Origin: Patescibacteria group bacterium
Lineage (GTDB): Bacteria > Patescibacteriota > Minisyncoccia > Phycocordibacterales > PALSA-1337
Assembly (NCBI GenBank): GCA_038065415.1
Contig: JBBTRA010000003.1
Location: forward strand, 9,314-73,313
Direction: 5' to 3'
DNA: 64,000 nt
Part shown: in pieces, positions 10,243-20,004 of the stretch
Numbering within the stretch: position 1 is the stretch's first letter
Layout of the letters: the number at the start of each line of letters is the position of its first letter
Made by a program: the position numbers and the translations under genes
The notes under the pieces: model-generated
What the model was told of the DNA's origin: nothing
The model's database searches: none
What the model saw: the letters and a program-made list of their open reading frames with translations, nothing else

Positions 10243-10602
10243 CTAATTTTCTTCTAGTCGGCTTAATACAATTCGGTGCGCAGATTCAGGTGTAAGACGT
10301 AAGACTCTGAGAGCATCTTCGAGAGCTGCTCCTTCCATGACACGCACCTCTGATGCCTCGACTTGTCTTTGGATTTGATCCAAATAGAGCTTCGCCTCAT
10401 CGAGAGCCGGGAGTAACCGCAGATGTGTATTAGAGTGGTTACAATTACCACACTGACTCACCTCCTCGACAATTCCCAAAAAGCGATCCAACTGTCCAAC
10501 AAGGATTACCACTGAACCCTCTCGAACAATCATGCGGCAATGCGAGCAGCGTGCTTCAAGTCCAAATGGGATTCCAACTGGCTTCAGAATGAACTGGTTC
10601 AT
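10243..10602 (-). CDS. hypothetical zinc-ribbon protein (two CxxC pairs), divergent from dnaK
   Basis: 119 aa; CSHC...CGNC motifs. Confidence 0.4.
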   Translation of the reverse strand: MNQFILKPVGIPFGLEARCSHCRMIVREGSVVILVGQLDRFLGIVEEVSQCGNCNHSNTHLRLLPALDEAKLYLDQIQRQVEASEVRVMEGAALEDALRVLRLTPESAHRIVLSRLEEN

Positions 10603-10662
10603 GCAAAATCCTTTGTGTTATTCAAAAGAAATATAAATTAAAAATTAATAACTGTCAATACT

Positions 10663-12564
10663 ATGTCCAAAATAATCGGAATCGACCTCGGAACGACATT
10701 CAGCGCCGTCGCAGTGATGGAAGCTGGTGTGCCGAGAGTCCTCGAAAACGCAGAGGGACAGCGTACAACACCCTCGATTGTCGCCCAATCTAAAACCGGC
10801 GAAAGACTCGTGGGACTTCTGGCAAAGCGCCAGGCGGTCACGAACCCAAAGAATACGATATTCCAGATCAAGCGCTTCATCGGACACACCTTCGATGAGG
10901 AGAGCGTGCAGAAGGATATCAAGAACGTCTCATTCGAAGTCAGGAAGTCTACCAACGGTGGCATCGAAGTGAAGATGGGTGATACCTGGATGAGACCAGA
11001 AGAAGTCTCAGCCATGATCCTCACCAAGCTCAAGAATGACGCAGAGGCTCGTCTCGGAGAGAAGGTGACTCAGGCAGTCATCACTGTCCCTGCGTACTTC
11101 AACGACTCACAGCGCCAGGCTACCAAGGACGCGGGCAAGATCGCTGGACTCGATGTTATGCGTATCATCAACGAGCCGACTGCGGCTGCACTCGCATATG
11201 GATTTGCCAAGAAGAAAGATGAGAAGATTGCTGTCTTCGACTTTGGAGGCGGTACCTTCGACATCTCAGTCCTCGAAGTAGGAGATGATGTTATCGAAGT
11301 GAAGTCTACCGATGGTGACTCACACCTCGGCGGTCGCGATATTGACGCAAAGATAGTGAACTGGCTTGCCGACACATTCCAGAAAGAGAACGGTATCGAT
11401 CTCAAGAAGGACGCACTCGCACTCCAGCGTCTCGATGAGGCTGCTGAGAAGGCCAAAATCGAGCTCTCGACAGCTGCACAGACAGAGATCAACATCCCAT
11501 TCATCAGCTCCGGTTCAGATGGTCCAAAACACCTCCTCGTCACGCTCACTCGTGCTCAGCTCGAGCAGATGACACAGGAATTCATCGATCGCGCTATGGC
11601 TATCACCAAGCGTGCAGTCGAAGCGTCCCCATTCAAAGTAGGGGAGATCAATGAGATCGTCATGGTGGGCGGTCAGACACGCATGCCTGCACTCCAGGAT
11701 GCGGTCAAGAAGTTCTTCGGTAAGGATCTACACATGGGTGTGAATCCTGACGAGGTGGTTGCGGTGGGCGCGGCTATCCAAGGAGGAATCCTTGGTGGCG
11801 ATGTGAAGGATGTACTCCTCTTGGATGTCATCCCTCTATCTCTCGGAATCGAAACTATGGGTGGTGTTGCAACGAAACTCATCGAGAAGAACACTACCGT
11901 CCCTACCCAGAAGTCTCAGATATTCTCAACTGCTGCTGACAATCAGCCGTCTGTAGAGATCCATATCACTCAGGGAGAGCGTCCAATGTCGGCTGACAAC
12001 AAGTCGCTCGGCAGATTTATCCTCGATGGTATCGCTCCAGCTCCTCGTGGTACGCCACAGGTCGAGGTAACCTTCGATGTTGATGCCAACGGTATCCTCA
12101 ATGTTACCGCAAAGGACAAGGCAACTGGTAAGGCTAACAGCATCAAAATCACCGCTTCTTCGGGACTCTCCAAGGAAGAAGTCGAGAAGATGAAGCAGGA
12201 AGCAGCTGCTCATGAAGCAGAAGACAAGGCAAAGAAGGACATTGTTGAGGCGAAAAACATTGCTGAGCAGCTCGTCTACACTTCAGAAAAGGCACTGAAG
12301 GAGGCGGGGGACAAAGTTCCTGCAGATCTCAAGAAGTCTATTGAAGAGAAGGTTGCCGCATTGAAAACTGCGAAGGATGCCGGCACACCAGACTTTACTG
12401 CGATCAAGTCTGCAACTGAGACATTGTCTGCTGAGATCCAGAAGATCGGGCAGTATATGAATCAAACTCCTCCAGCAGGAGCAGCTGGTGCAAATCCTAC
12501 TGATGGAAAGGCTCCAGAGGGCGGAGATAATGTAAAGGATGCGGAGTTCAAAGAGAAAAAGTAG
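10663..12564 (+). CDS. dnaK: molecular chaperone DnaK (Hsp70)
   Basis: 633 aa; [28 protein letters not shown] Hsp70 signatures. Confidence 0.97.
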   Translation: MSKIIGIDLGTTFSAVAVMEAGVPRVLENAEGQRTTPSIVAQSKTGERLVGLLAKRQAVTNPKNTIFQIKRFIGHTFDEESVQKDIKNVSFEVRKSTNGGIEVKMGDTWMRPEEVSAMILTKLKNDAEARLGEKVTQAVITVPAYFNDSQRQATKDAGKIAGLDVMRIINEPTAAALAYGFAKKKDEKIAVFDFGGGTFDISVLEVGDDVIEVKSTDGDSHLGGRDIDAKIVNWLADTFQKENGIDLKKDALALQRLDEAAEKAKIELSTAAQTEINIPFISSGSDGPKHLLVTLTRAQLEQMTQEFIDRAMAITKRAVEASPFKVGEINEIVMVGGQTRMPALQDAVKKFFGKDLHMGVNPDEVVAVGAAIQGGILGGDVKDVLLLDVIPLSLGIETMGGVATKLIEKNTTVPTQKSQIFSTAADNQPSVEIHITQGERPMSADNKSLGRFILDGIAPAPRGTPQVEVTFDVDANGILNVTAKDKATGKANSIKITASSGLSKEEVEKMKQEAAAHEAEDKAKKDIVEAKNIAEQLVYTSEKALKEAGDKVPADLKKSIEEKVAALKTAKDAGTPDFTAIKSATETLSAEIQKIGQYMNQTPPAGAAGANPTDGKAPEGGDNVKDAEFKEKK

Positions 12565-12584
12565 TTCGTAGTTCCTGACAAATA

Positions 12585-12650
12585 AAAAGACCTCCGCAGC
12601 TTCCCTGAATTCGCCGGCTGGCGGAATTCGGGGAAGCGAACGGGGGTCTT
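12585..12650. terminator. nested GC-rich hairpin between dnaK and the minus-strand 82-aa ORF
   Basis: aagacc...cttccc-gaattcgcc-ggct-ggcggaattc-gggaag...ggtctt nested inverted repeats; T-tract on minus-strand side. Confidence 0.45.
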
Positions 12651-12663
12651 GGAATGGGTGAAC

Positions 12664-12912
12664 TCAATCTGAATCACAAACAACAAAGACTGACTCGGGG
12701 GCGATTTTGTCAATTGATTTCTCAATTCGCCTCAGCTCTTTAAGAAGCTTCCCGTCAGAATCTTTTATTCTACAGGAAATGTAGAAGGAGTTCTCATTCT
12801 GTTCATCAACTGAGACCACACTGATTTTTACCGGTTTCTTGAAACCTTGTGCAAAACAATTGAGAACAAGTGGGCACAAATCCACTGAAACGCAGACAGT
12901 ATATCTCTTCAT
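12664..12912 (-). CDS. hypothetical small protein
   Basis: 82-aa ORF between dnaK and dnaJ on the opposite strand. Confidence 0.3.
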   Translation of the reverse strand: MKRYTVCVSVDLCPLVLNCFAQGFKKPVKISVVSVDEQNENSFYISCRIKDSDGKLLKELRRIEKSIDKIAPESVFVVCDSD

Positions 12913-12998
12913 AATTCCTCAGATACTTTGTTTAGTTAGAAAAAAATCTTGCGAAACCACTGAAATAATAATATCATACTAATTATTAATCGTCAAAT

Positions 12999-13901
12999 AT
13001 GTCCAAAGATTACTACAAAACCCTCGGCATCGAGAAATCCGCCTCCAAAGATGACATCAAGAAGGCCTTCCGCAAGCTCGCGCATGAGCACCACCCTGAC
13101 AAGAACAAGGGCAATGCTGCGTCTGAACAGAAGTTCAAAGAGGCGAGCGAGGCGTACTCGGTGCTCTCTGATGATCAGAAACGGGCACAATATGACCGCT
13201 TCGGATCCGCAGGCCCAGGCGGAGGTGGATTCAACCCGAACGCAGGAGGCTTCGGCGGTTTTGACTTCTCCGGATTCCAGCAGGGAGGTAGCGGCTTTCA
13301 CTTCAATCAGGGCGGAATGGAATTCGACCTCGGCGACATATTCGGTGAATTCTTCGGAGGTGGTGGCCGCAGACCACGCAAGGGCAGGAACATCACGGTG
13401 GATGTGGAACTTTCATTCAAGGACTCAATATTCGGCATTGAGAAAGAAATCAGTGTCGAGAAGGTAAAGCTCGCAATCAAGATTCCTCCAGGCATCGAGA
13501 ACGGTCAGGGTCTACGTGTAGGAGGGAAGGGGGAGTCTGGTGAAGGAGGCCCCGGCGATCTCATCGTGCGTGTCTGGGTCAAAGAGCATGCACACATCAG
13601 AAAAGAGGGATTCGACCTCGTCATGGAGCAACCGATCAAGCTCACAACCGCGCTCGCAGGTGGTTCAGTCGACCTCGATACATTGGATGGGGCTATTGAA
13701 CTGAAAATACCTGCAGGCACTAGTCATGGCGAGATCCTCCGTGTGAAGGGTAAGGGCGTACCATATGAGACTCAGGGAAGCGTCTTCGGTACTGGTGGCA
13801 GGCGCGGCGATCTTCTTGTTGTCACACATATAGAGATGCCGAGGAAGCTCTCAAAGAAAGCTAAAGAGCTCATCGAAGGACTCAAAGGGGAGGGGATGTA
13901 G
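12999..13901 (+). CDS. dnaJ: DnaJ-like J-domain chaperone lacking the CxxCxGxG zinc-finger domain (type II/CbpA-like)
   Basis: J domain with HPD (AHEHHPDKNK), G/F-rich linker, C-terminal substrate-binding domains; no cysteine repeats. Confidence 0.85.
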   Translation: MSKDYYKTLGIEKSASKDDIKKAFRKLAHEHHPDKNKGNAASEQKFKEASEAYSVLSDDQKRAQYDRFGSAGPGGGGFNPNAGGFGGFDFSGFQQGGSGFHFNQGGMEFDLGDIFGEFFGGGGRRPRKGRNITVDVELSFKDSIFGIEKEISVEKVKLAIKIPPGIENGQGLRVGGKGESGEGGPGDLIVRVWVKEHAHIRKEGFDLVMEQPIKLTTALAGGSVDLDTLDGAIELKIPAGTSHGEILRVKGKGVPYETQGSVFGTGGRRGDLLVVTHIEMPRKLSKKAKELIEGLKGEGM

Positions 13902-13930
13902 AAACCGATCATTTCTGGTATTATCTATTC

Positions 13931-14884
13931 ATGACCAAGAAAACTCTCCTCTCAGGCGTCAAACCAACCGGCCGACCGCATATCGGTAACTATTTCGGAG
14001 CGATGAAGCAATTTGTAGATACTCAAACGGTGGGACAGTACGATTCGTTCTTCATGATAGCTGACTATCATGCACTCAACTTCATCCAGAACAAGGAAGA
14101 AATGCGCTCCAACATCCTCGACCTGGCGATCGACTATCTTGCCATCGGTCTCGATCCGACCAAAGTAGTCCTCTTCAAGCAGAGCGACATATCTGCACAT
14201 ACCGAGCTCGCTTGGATTTTCGATACCATTGTCACCATGCCATACCTCATGCGTGCACATGCCTACAAGGATGCCGAAGCCAAAGACAAAGAGATCAATG
14301 TCGGCACGTTCAATTATCCCGTCCTCATGGCGGCAGACATCCTCCTCTACGACGCGGATGTAGTACCAGTAGGTCAAGATCAGAAACAGCATGTCGAGTA
14401 TGCCCGCGACATCGCACTCAAGTTCAACCATATCTTCAAAGGAGAAACTTTCAAACTTCCTGAACCTCTCATCATGGAACATGTAGCAACCGTTCCTGGC
14501 ATCGATGGTAAGAAAATGTCCAAGAGTTACAACAATACCATCCCACTCTTCGCAACTCGCGAGGAGATCACCAAGGCTGTCATGAGCATCGTGACTGATT
14601 CCAGTGGAGATGTTCCAACGAACGTGTACAACATCCACAAGCTCTTCCGCCCTGAGTCAGACTTGGAACCCCTCTACAAGGAACACGCGGGCAAATACAA
14701 AGCTCTTAAGGAAGCACTCATCGAGGATATCGACACTTTCATCAAACCACTAAGAGAGAGACGTGCAGAGCTCGCCATGAATGAAGAGGTTGTACTCAAA
14801 ATCCTCGCTGAAGGAGCATTCAAAGCAAAAGACAAGGCTGACAAGAAACTAGCTGAGATAAAACAGACAATAGGAGTGATCTAA
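13931..14884 (+). CDS. trpS: tryptophanyl-tRNA synthetase
   Basis: 317 aa; class I HIGH-like TGRPHIGNYFG and KMSKS motif. Confidence 0.9.
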   Translation: MTKKTLLSGVKPTGRPHIGNYFGAMKQFVDTQTVGQYDSFFMIADYHALNFIQNKEEMRSNILDLAIDYLAIGLDPTKVVLFKQSDISAHTELAWIFDTIVTMPYLMRAHAYKDAEAKDKEINVGTFNYPVLMAADILLYDADVVPVGQDQKQHVEYARDIALKFNHIFKGETFKLPEPLIMEHVATVPGIDGKKMSKSYNNTIPLFATREEITKAVMSIVTDSSGDVPTNVYNIHKLFRPESDLEPLYKEHAGKYKALKEALIEDIDTFIKPLRERRAELAMNEEVVLKILAEGAFKAKDKADKKLAEIKQTIGVI

Positions 14885-14978
14885 GGGTCATGAGCCATCA
14901 TTGATCCTCTATAGTTTTTTCATAACTCCTTGATAGGGAGCTGGTACGCTCTGCATATTAACAGTAACGCATAGCACC

Positions 14979-15173
14979 ATGTCTCTCGACACAAAAGACC
15001 TCGAACTCATCGAGCGTATCGTATACAAAAATAGCGATGACATCGCCGTATCCATCGCACGCAGTTTCGAACGGCTCGAGGAGCGCATCGACGCCGCAGA
15101 ATCTCGCATATATTCACGGCTCGCAGATATTGAAGACAAAATAGAGGCGAGTAGCCTGGCAGTGCTAGATTAG
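14979..15173 (+). CDS. hypothetical small coiled-coil protein
   Basis: 64-aa ORF in otherwise empty intergenic space; no motif support. Confidence 0.25.
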   Translation: MSLDTKDLELIERIVYKNSDDIAVSIARSFERLEERIDAAESRIYSRLADIEDKIEASSLAVLD

Positions 15174-15197
15174 ATGTCTGAAACCTTCAGTACATCC

Positions 15198-16580
15198 CTA
15201 CTTACTCAAAATCTTGATTCCTCCTGCCGTATCCATCACCACATACCCACGGTTCTCAATCTCGATACGAAGGGCATCCGCCTTTTCCCATTCCTTTGCC
15301 TTGCGTGCCTCTTCACGCGCATCAGCAAGAGCTTGTATTTCTTCAGGAACCTTTTCTTCTTCCACAGGAGCAAGGGAACCGAGCTTCAGTCCCAATACGC
15401 GATCGAAGTTCAATATCGTTGTACGCTTATCTGTATCGGCAACAGCGGTGTCTTTCAGCAGTTCCCAGATCAAGGCGATCGCCTGCGACATTCCCAGGTC
15501 GTTGTTTATTGATGCCCTAAAACGCTCACCATAGCCAGCTACAAGCGTTCCCCCCTCTGGAAGGTTACTGACTGCAGTCATGAGCTTTATGAGGGCATTT
15601 TGAGCCCCACGGACGGCTTCCAGCGTGAAATTCACCGGAGATCTATAGTGGGCGGTCAAAAGCCAGTAGCGATAGGCGAGCGGGGATACCATATCATCTT
15701 CGAGGGTCTTGAGGGTCACAAAACCACCAGCTGATTTTGCCATCTTGCCATCATTCATCGTGACGAATGCTCCATGCATCCAATAGTGCGCCAGCGGAGC
15801 GTCGTATGCCGCCTCTGACTGGGCGATCTCATTGTTATGATGCACGGGAATGTGATCTATACCACCTGTGTGAATATCAAATGGCTGGCCGAGAAATTCA
15901 CGCGACATCGCCGAACATTCGATATGCCATCCCGGAAATCCTTTACCCCATGGAGCATCCCAGCCGAGTGTGGCATCGAATTTCCAGAGAGCGAAGTCGG
16001 CAGGACTCTTCTTCTCAGGATTCACCGCGACACGACTACCATCTTTGAGAGATTCCAAGGAAATATTTCCGAGTTTGCCATATGCAGGAAACTTGGAGAT
16101 GTCAAAATAGACACCATCGCTTGTCGTATAGGCGATACCTTTTTCCTGCAATTTCTCGATGATCTCAATATCACCTGCGATATGATCAGAAGCGCGAGGG
16201 AATTCGTGCGGAGTTTCGATATTGAGAGATTTCAAATCATCAGTGAATCTCTCAAAGTAGAATGTTGCCACTTCACGCATTGCTTCCAGCGAAAGAGGTT
16301 TACCTTCTCTTTTGAGTGCCTTGGTCATCTTGTCTTCACCATCATCACCATCAGTGACCAGGTGACCCACATCGGTAATATTGACGACCTGCTTTACTGA
16401 GAATTTATTGTACTCAAATGTTCTCCTCAAAATGTCCGCGAAAACATATGCACGCAAATTTCCGATATGCGCATAGTCATATACCGTCGGGCCACAATGA
16501 TACATAGAAACCACACCATCTTTGAGTGGTGTGAATGTTTCAAGTGAACGGGACAGGGTATTGTAAAGTTTTATTTCCAT
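15198..16580 (-). CDS. cysS: cysteinyl-tRNA synthetase
   Basis: Start assigned to internal MEIKLYNTLSR; HIGNLRAYVFADILRR (HIGH) and KMAKSAGG (KMSKS). Confidence 0.9.
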   Translation of the reverse strand: MEIKLYNTLSRSLETFTPLKDGVVSMYHCGPTVYDYAHIGNLRAYVFADILRRTFEYNKFSVKQVVNITDVGHLVTDGDDGEDKMTKALKREGKPLSLEAMREVATFYFERFTDDLKSLNIETPHEFPRASDHIAGDIEIIEKLQEKGIAYTTSDGVYFDISKFPAYGKLGNISLESLKDGSRVAVNPEKKSPADFALWKFDATLGWDAPWGKGFPGWHIECSAMSREFLGQPFDIHTGGIDHIPVHHNNEIAQSEAAYDAPLAHYWMHGAFVTMNDGKMAKSAGGFVTLKTLEDDMVSPLAYRYWLLTAHYRSPVNFTLEAVRGAQNALIKLMTAVSNLPEGGTLVAGYGERFRASINNDLGMSQAIALIWELLKDTAVADTDKRTTILNFDRVLGLKLGSLAPVEEEKVPEEIQALADAREEARKAKEWEKADALRIEIENRGYVVMDTAGGIKILSK

Positions 16581-16585
16581 ACGTT

Positions 16586-17515
16586 CTAGAGCCACCTCTT
16601 CTTCCTGAACAGCCACCAAATACTTGCACTGATCACGATCATGAAGAGGAAGATAGCATACCAACCGATGCCGTGCTCGATGAGCGGAACATTGAGAGCT
16701 GGAATTGTAAAGAGTGCCGCAATGAAGGTCGCCGGCTGAAAGATGAATGCCACCAGGGTGAGACGCTTGATAATCTCGTTTTGCCTCGTGTTAAGGAGGG
16801 AGTCATTGGTCTCACGGAGGTCAGCAAGAAGTTCACGGGAATTGGAAATCAGCTCACGGATACGGTTGAACTCGTCACGAATATCGCGCATGTATACCGT
16901 GAACTCCTTTCCGAAGAGGGAAGTCTCATCATAAGCAACCATTTCTTGCCAGATCTCCTCATGAACACGCGCTGTTTGCTTGAAATCAATAAGCTCGCGA
17001 CTCAGACCTGAAAGAGCCTCGACCATTTTGCGTTCATCCCCTCCGAAGATACGGGTTTCAGCATTGATCAAAGAATCTTTGATATTCTCCAAGTCCTCAC
17101 ACATGCCCGCATAGATACGCTTGACCATGTAGTAGAAGAGATGGCCGGCATGGTCAATCTTTTCTTCCTTATTGATGATCGAGTTGGTCTCAAATATTTT
17201 GCCGAAATACTCCAACTGCTCGATGGTATCAAAACGAGAGGTGATGAGAAAATTCTTGCCAATGACAAAATCAACCTCACGATCAACGATTTCGTAGGCA
17301 TCATTCTTCTTGTTGCGGATACGAACCGGAAGTGTCAGTACAACGAGGATATAGTCCTTGTAGAAATCTATCTTAGCGAGGGAAGAGGAGCTTTTGAGCT
17401 CTTCGCCTACAAGCGGGTGGAGATCGTAGCGTTTGATAAGACCAGCGATTTCTTCAGTATCAGGATTTGAGACATCGAGCCAAATGAGGCCTTTCGACGT
17501 ATGGTGAGTGATCAT
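16586..17515 (-). CDS. corA: CorA-family divalent cation transporter homolog with non-canonical motif in place of GMN
   Basis: Start assigned to internal MITHHTSKG to avoid overlap with divergent ctpA; two C-terminal TM helices ending FRKKRWL; the conserved YGMNF position reads FTIPALNV. Confidence 0.75.
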   Translation of the reverse strand: MITHHTSKGLIWLDVSNPDTEEIAGLIKRYDLHPLVGEELKSSSSLAKIDFYKDYILVVLTLPVRIRNKKNDAYEIVDREVDFVIGKNFLITSRFDTIEQLEYFGKIFETNSIINKEEKIDHAGHLFYYMVKRIYAGMCEDLENIKDSLINAETRIFGGDERKMVEALSGLSRELIDFKQTARVHEEIWQEMVAYDETSLFGKEFTVYMRDIRDEFNRIRELISNSRELLADLRETNDSLLNTRQNEIIKRLTLVAFIFQPATFIAALFTIPALNVPLIEHGIGWYAIFLFMIVISASIWWLFRKKRWL

Positions 17516-17563
17516 AAGGCTTATTGTAGCAAATCGTTTCGAGTTATGCGATAATACCCCCAC

Positions 17564-18769
17564 ATGAATACCCAAGACCGAAAGCTGGTGCTGTTCCTCA
17601 TCGGATTGCCCGCAGTTATATTTGCATTTTTCATCGGTGTCTACGTCGGAGGAGGGGAGAATCCTCGAAATACGAGCGTAGTCGATACTAGCGCCGTCAG
17701 TGACGAGCAATTCGAACCTTTCTGGAAGGCGTGGCATGCCCTCGACGAAAAGTACGTAGCTGCAGCGAGCACTTCAGCCCAACAGCGTGTCTGGGGCTCC
17801 ATACAAGGTCTTGCCTCCTCATATGGCGACCCGTATACCGTATTCTTCCCACCTGTAGAGGCCAAGATGTTCCAAGAGGACATATCCGGCAATTTTGAAG
17901 GTGTTGGCATGGAAATCGGCATCAAAGACAAGCAGCTCCAAGTTGTAGCTCCAATTAAGAACAGCCCTGCAGAACGCGCAGGAGTAAAAACAGGGGACTT
18001 TATACTCAAAATAGAAGAACAGAGCACCGTGGACATGCCTGTCGATGCTGCAGTGAAGCTTATCCGCGGAGCGAAGGGAACACCAGTCAAGATCACCTTC
18101 TTGCCACAAGGAGCGACCAAACCTGTCGTACGCACCCTCGTTCGTGACATTATCGACATCCCGACCTTGGAAACCAGCACCAAGGAAAGTGGTATCTTCG
18201 TTATACGCCTCTATAGCTTCACTGCTCACTCGGCAGACCTCTTCAGAGGGGCGCTCCGTGAGTTCATCCTTTCAGGCAATGACAAGCTCATTCTCGACCT
18301 TCGTGGCAATCCAGGTGGATATCTCGATGCGGCCTGGGATATGGCTTCATGGTTCTTGGCTCCCGGTAAAACAGTCGTGACTGAGGATTTCGGCAACAAC
18401 AACGAACCAAAGGTATACCGCAGCAAGGGGTACGACATATTCAATGACAACCTCCACATGATCATCCTGACAGACGCCGGATCAGCCTCGGCATCGGAGA
18501 TTCTAGCTGGAGCTCTTCAGGAGAATGGAGTAGCAAAGATCGTTGGTATGAAAACATTCGGCAAAGGATCGGTCCAACAGCTCGTTTCCATCACTCCAGA
18601 CACCTCGCTCAAGATCACCATCGCTCGCTGGCTCACGCCAAAGGGTCACAACCTCTCTCATGACGGCCTCGAGCCAGATTACAAGGTAGAAGTCACCGAG
18701 AAGGATGTTGCAGCCAAGTACGACCCTCAGATGGCTAAGGCAGTTGAAATATTGAACGCGACCCAGTAG
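17564..18769 (+). CDS. ctpA: carboxyl-terminal processing (S41, tail-specific) protease with PDZ domain
   Basis: 401 aa; N-terminal TM, PDZ region GDFILKIEE, S41 catalytic region GSASASEILAGALQ...KIVGMKTFGKG. Confidence 0.85.
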   Translation: MNTQDRKLVLFLIGLPAVIFAFFIGVYVGGGENPRNTSVVDTSAVSDEQFEPFWKAWHALDEKYVAAASTSAQQRVWGSIQGLASSYGDPYTVFFPPVEAKMFQEDISGNFEGVGMEIGIKDKQLQVVAPIKNSPAERAGVKTGDFILKIEEQSTVDMPVDAAVKLIRGAKGTPVKITFLPQGATKPVVRTLVRDIIDIPTLETSTKESGIFVIRLYSFTAHSADLFRGALREFILSGNDKLILDLRGNPGGYLDAAWDMASWFLAPGKTVVTEDFGNNNEPKVYRSKGYDIFNDNLHMIILTDAGSASASEILAGALQENGVAKIVGMKTFGKGSVQQLVSITPDTSLKITIARWLTPKGHNLSHDGLEPDYKVEVTEKDVAAKYDPQMAKAVEILNATQ

Positions 18770-18808
18770 TATCAAACATATACCCGAAATAACCGAACCA
18801 CCATACCC

Positions 18809-19252
18809 ATGAAAATCATCCTTTTGAAAGATGTAGCTAAGCTCGGCAAGAAATATGAGACCAAGACCGTGAGCGACGGCTACGGCATCAACCTGCTCAT
18901 ACCTCAAGGGCTCGCTATTGCAGCAACTCCTGACGCACTCAAGCGCCTCGAAACTGAGCGTGCCAAGGCAGAAGGTGAGCGCAAAGTACAGGAAGAGCTC
19001 ATCGTCAAGAATATCGAAGGCCTCAAGGATATCACTGTTACTATCATCGGTAAGGCCAATGAGAAGGGCCACCTCTTCGCTGGTCTTCACAAAGAAGAGA
19101 TCGCAAAAGAGATCGAGAAGCAGACTCGCCTCCAGATCGCCCCATCATTCATCGAGCTCGAACATCCACTCAAGGCTGTCGGTGAGCACACCATAGAGGT
19201 CAAAGCTGCAGGGAAGTCAGCCAAGCTCAAGATCGTCATTCAGGGCAAATAG
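18809..19252 (+). CDS. rplI: 50S ribosomal protein L9
   Basis: [37 protein letters not shown]9 N-domain. Confidence 0.9.
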   Translation: MKIILLKDVAKLGKKYETKTVSDGYGINLLIPQGLAIAATPDALKRLETERAKAEGERKVQEELIVKNIEGLKDITVTIIGKANEKGHLFAGLHKEEIAKEIEKQTRLQIAPSFIELEHPLKAVGEHTIEVKAAGKSAKLKIVIQGK

Positions 19253-19284
19253 AATCCCTCTCACTCAGATATTCCCTCAAAAAC

Positions 19285-19312
19285 AAAAAAGAGGCTTCGA
19301 AGCCTCTTTTTT
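19285..19312. terminator. bidirectional rho-independent terminator shared by convergent rplI and rpmA
   Basis: aaaaaa-gaggcttcgaagcctc-tttttt perfect palindrome flanked by A- and T-runs. Confidence 0.65.
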
Positions 19313-19329
19313 GATATCGTATTTCAGTC

Positions 19330-19602
19330 TTATTTGACGTGAACGATGTTCTTCCTGACGATATCGTTATTGAAAGATGTCTTACGCTTGGTACCATACG
19401 AAACGACACCATCCCTGAGTGCGAAGAGGGTGTGATCCTTGCCGACACCTACATTGGTACCTGGAAGGGTAGTGGTACCGCGCTGGCGGAGAATGATCTG
19501 ACCGACGGTGATCTTCTGGCCATGATTGACCTTAACCCCAAGGTATTTTGGGTTTGAATCTCGACCGTTTTTTGTGGTACCTGCGGCTTTCTTATGTGCC
19601 AT
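19330..19602 (-). CDS. rpmA: 50S ribosomal protein L27 (no adjacent rplU)
   Basis: [25 protein letters not shown]27 signature; no L21-size ORF upstream. Confidence 0.9.
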   Translation of the reverse strand: MAHKKAAGTTKNGRDSNPKYLGVKVNHGQKITVGQIILRQRGTTTLPGTNVGVGKDHTLFALRDGVVSYGTKRKTSFNNDIVRKNIVHVK

Positions 19603-19803
19603 AGTAGTGGGAAATTTCTAGGGATTGCTATTAGTTTTGTCCCGGTAATATAACACAGGGCTCATAAAATTACAAGAAAATAGCCTACCCTAGGCCCAAA
19701 TGACCCCTCTACGAGCAGTGGTGAGGGCAGGGGAGCACAATTCTGGTCAATACCCTCCTCTGTCTCCACTTAAATCCCACGGTATCTTGCCATCCCTATA
19801 TTT

Positions 19804-19900
19804 AGAGCCATATTTTAAGGGCAATCTAAGTACAAATCCCGTAATATGGCTCTAAATAAGGGTATATTGAGTGTAAAATATGGCTCTGTTGAGCCATATT
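19804..19900. promoter_or_regulatory. array of inverted/palindromic repeats (agagccatatt / aatatggctct) each followed by a taaggg(c/t)a-like motif
   Basis: Three copies at 19804-19814, 19843-19853 and the palindrome aatatggctct-gttg-agccatatt at 19877-19900, immediately upstream of a -35 box. Confidence 0.4.
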
Positions 19901-19915
19901 ACAGCACTCAGGGTA

Positions 19916-19944
19916 TTGACTTTGGGGCTATAAGATGCTATACT
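19916..19944 (+). promoter_or_regulatory. sigma70-like promoter TTGACT-N17-TATACT for the SLT-like gene
   Basis: ttgact 19916-19921, tatact 19939-19944, 17-nt spacer. Confidence 0.4.
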
Positions 19945-20004
19945 TGTTGTACAAGAGCGAATAGGTAATCTCATGGTTACTTCATTCGTTTTTTTAATTG
20001 TATT

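Noticed and set aside
16581-16664. Upstream extension of cysS to the ORF-track start (MVCYLPLH...)
   Set aside because: The extension would overlap the corA stop. Conserved CysRS N-terminus begins at MEIKLYNTL (16580).
17516-17737. Upstream extension of corA to 17737
   Set aside because: It would overlap the divergent ctpA start at 17564 by about 170 nt. The internal Met at 17515 gives a CorA-sized protein.
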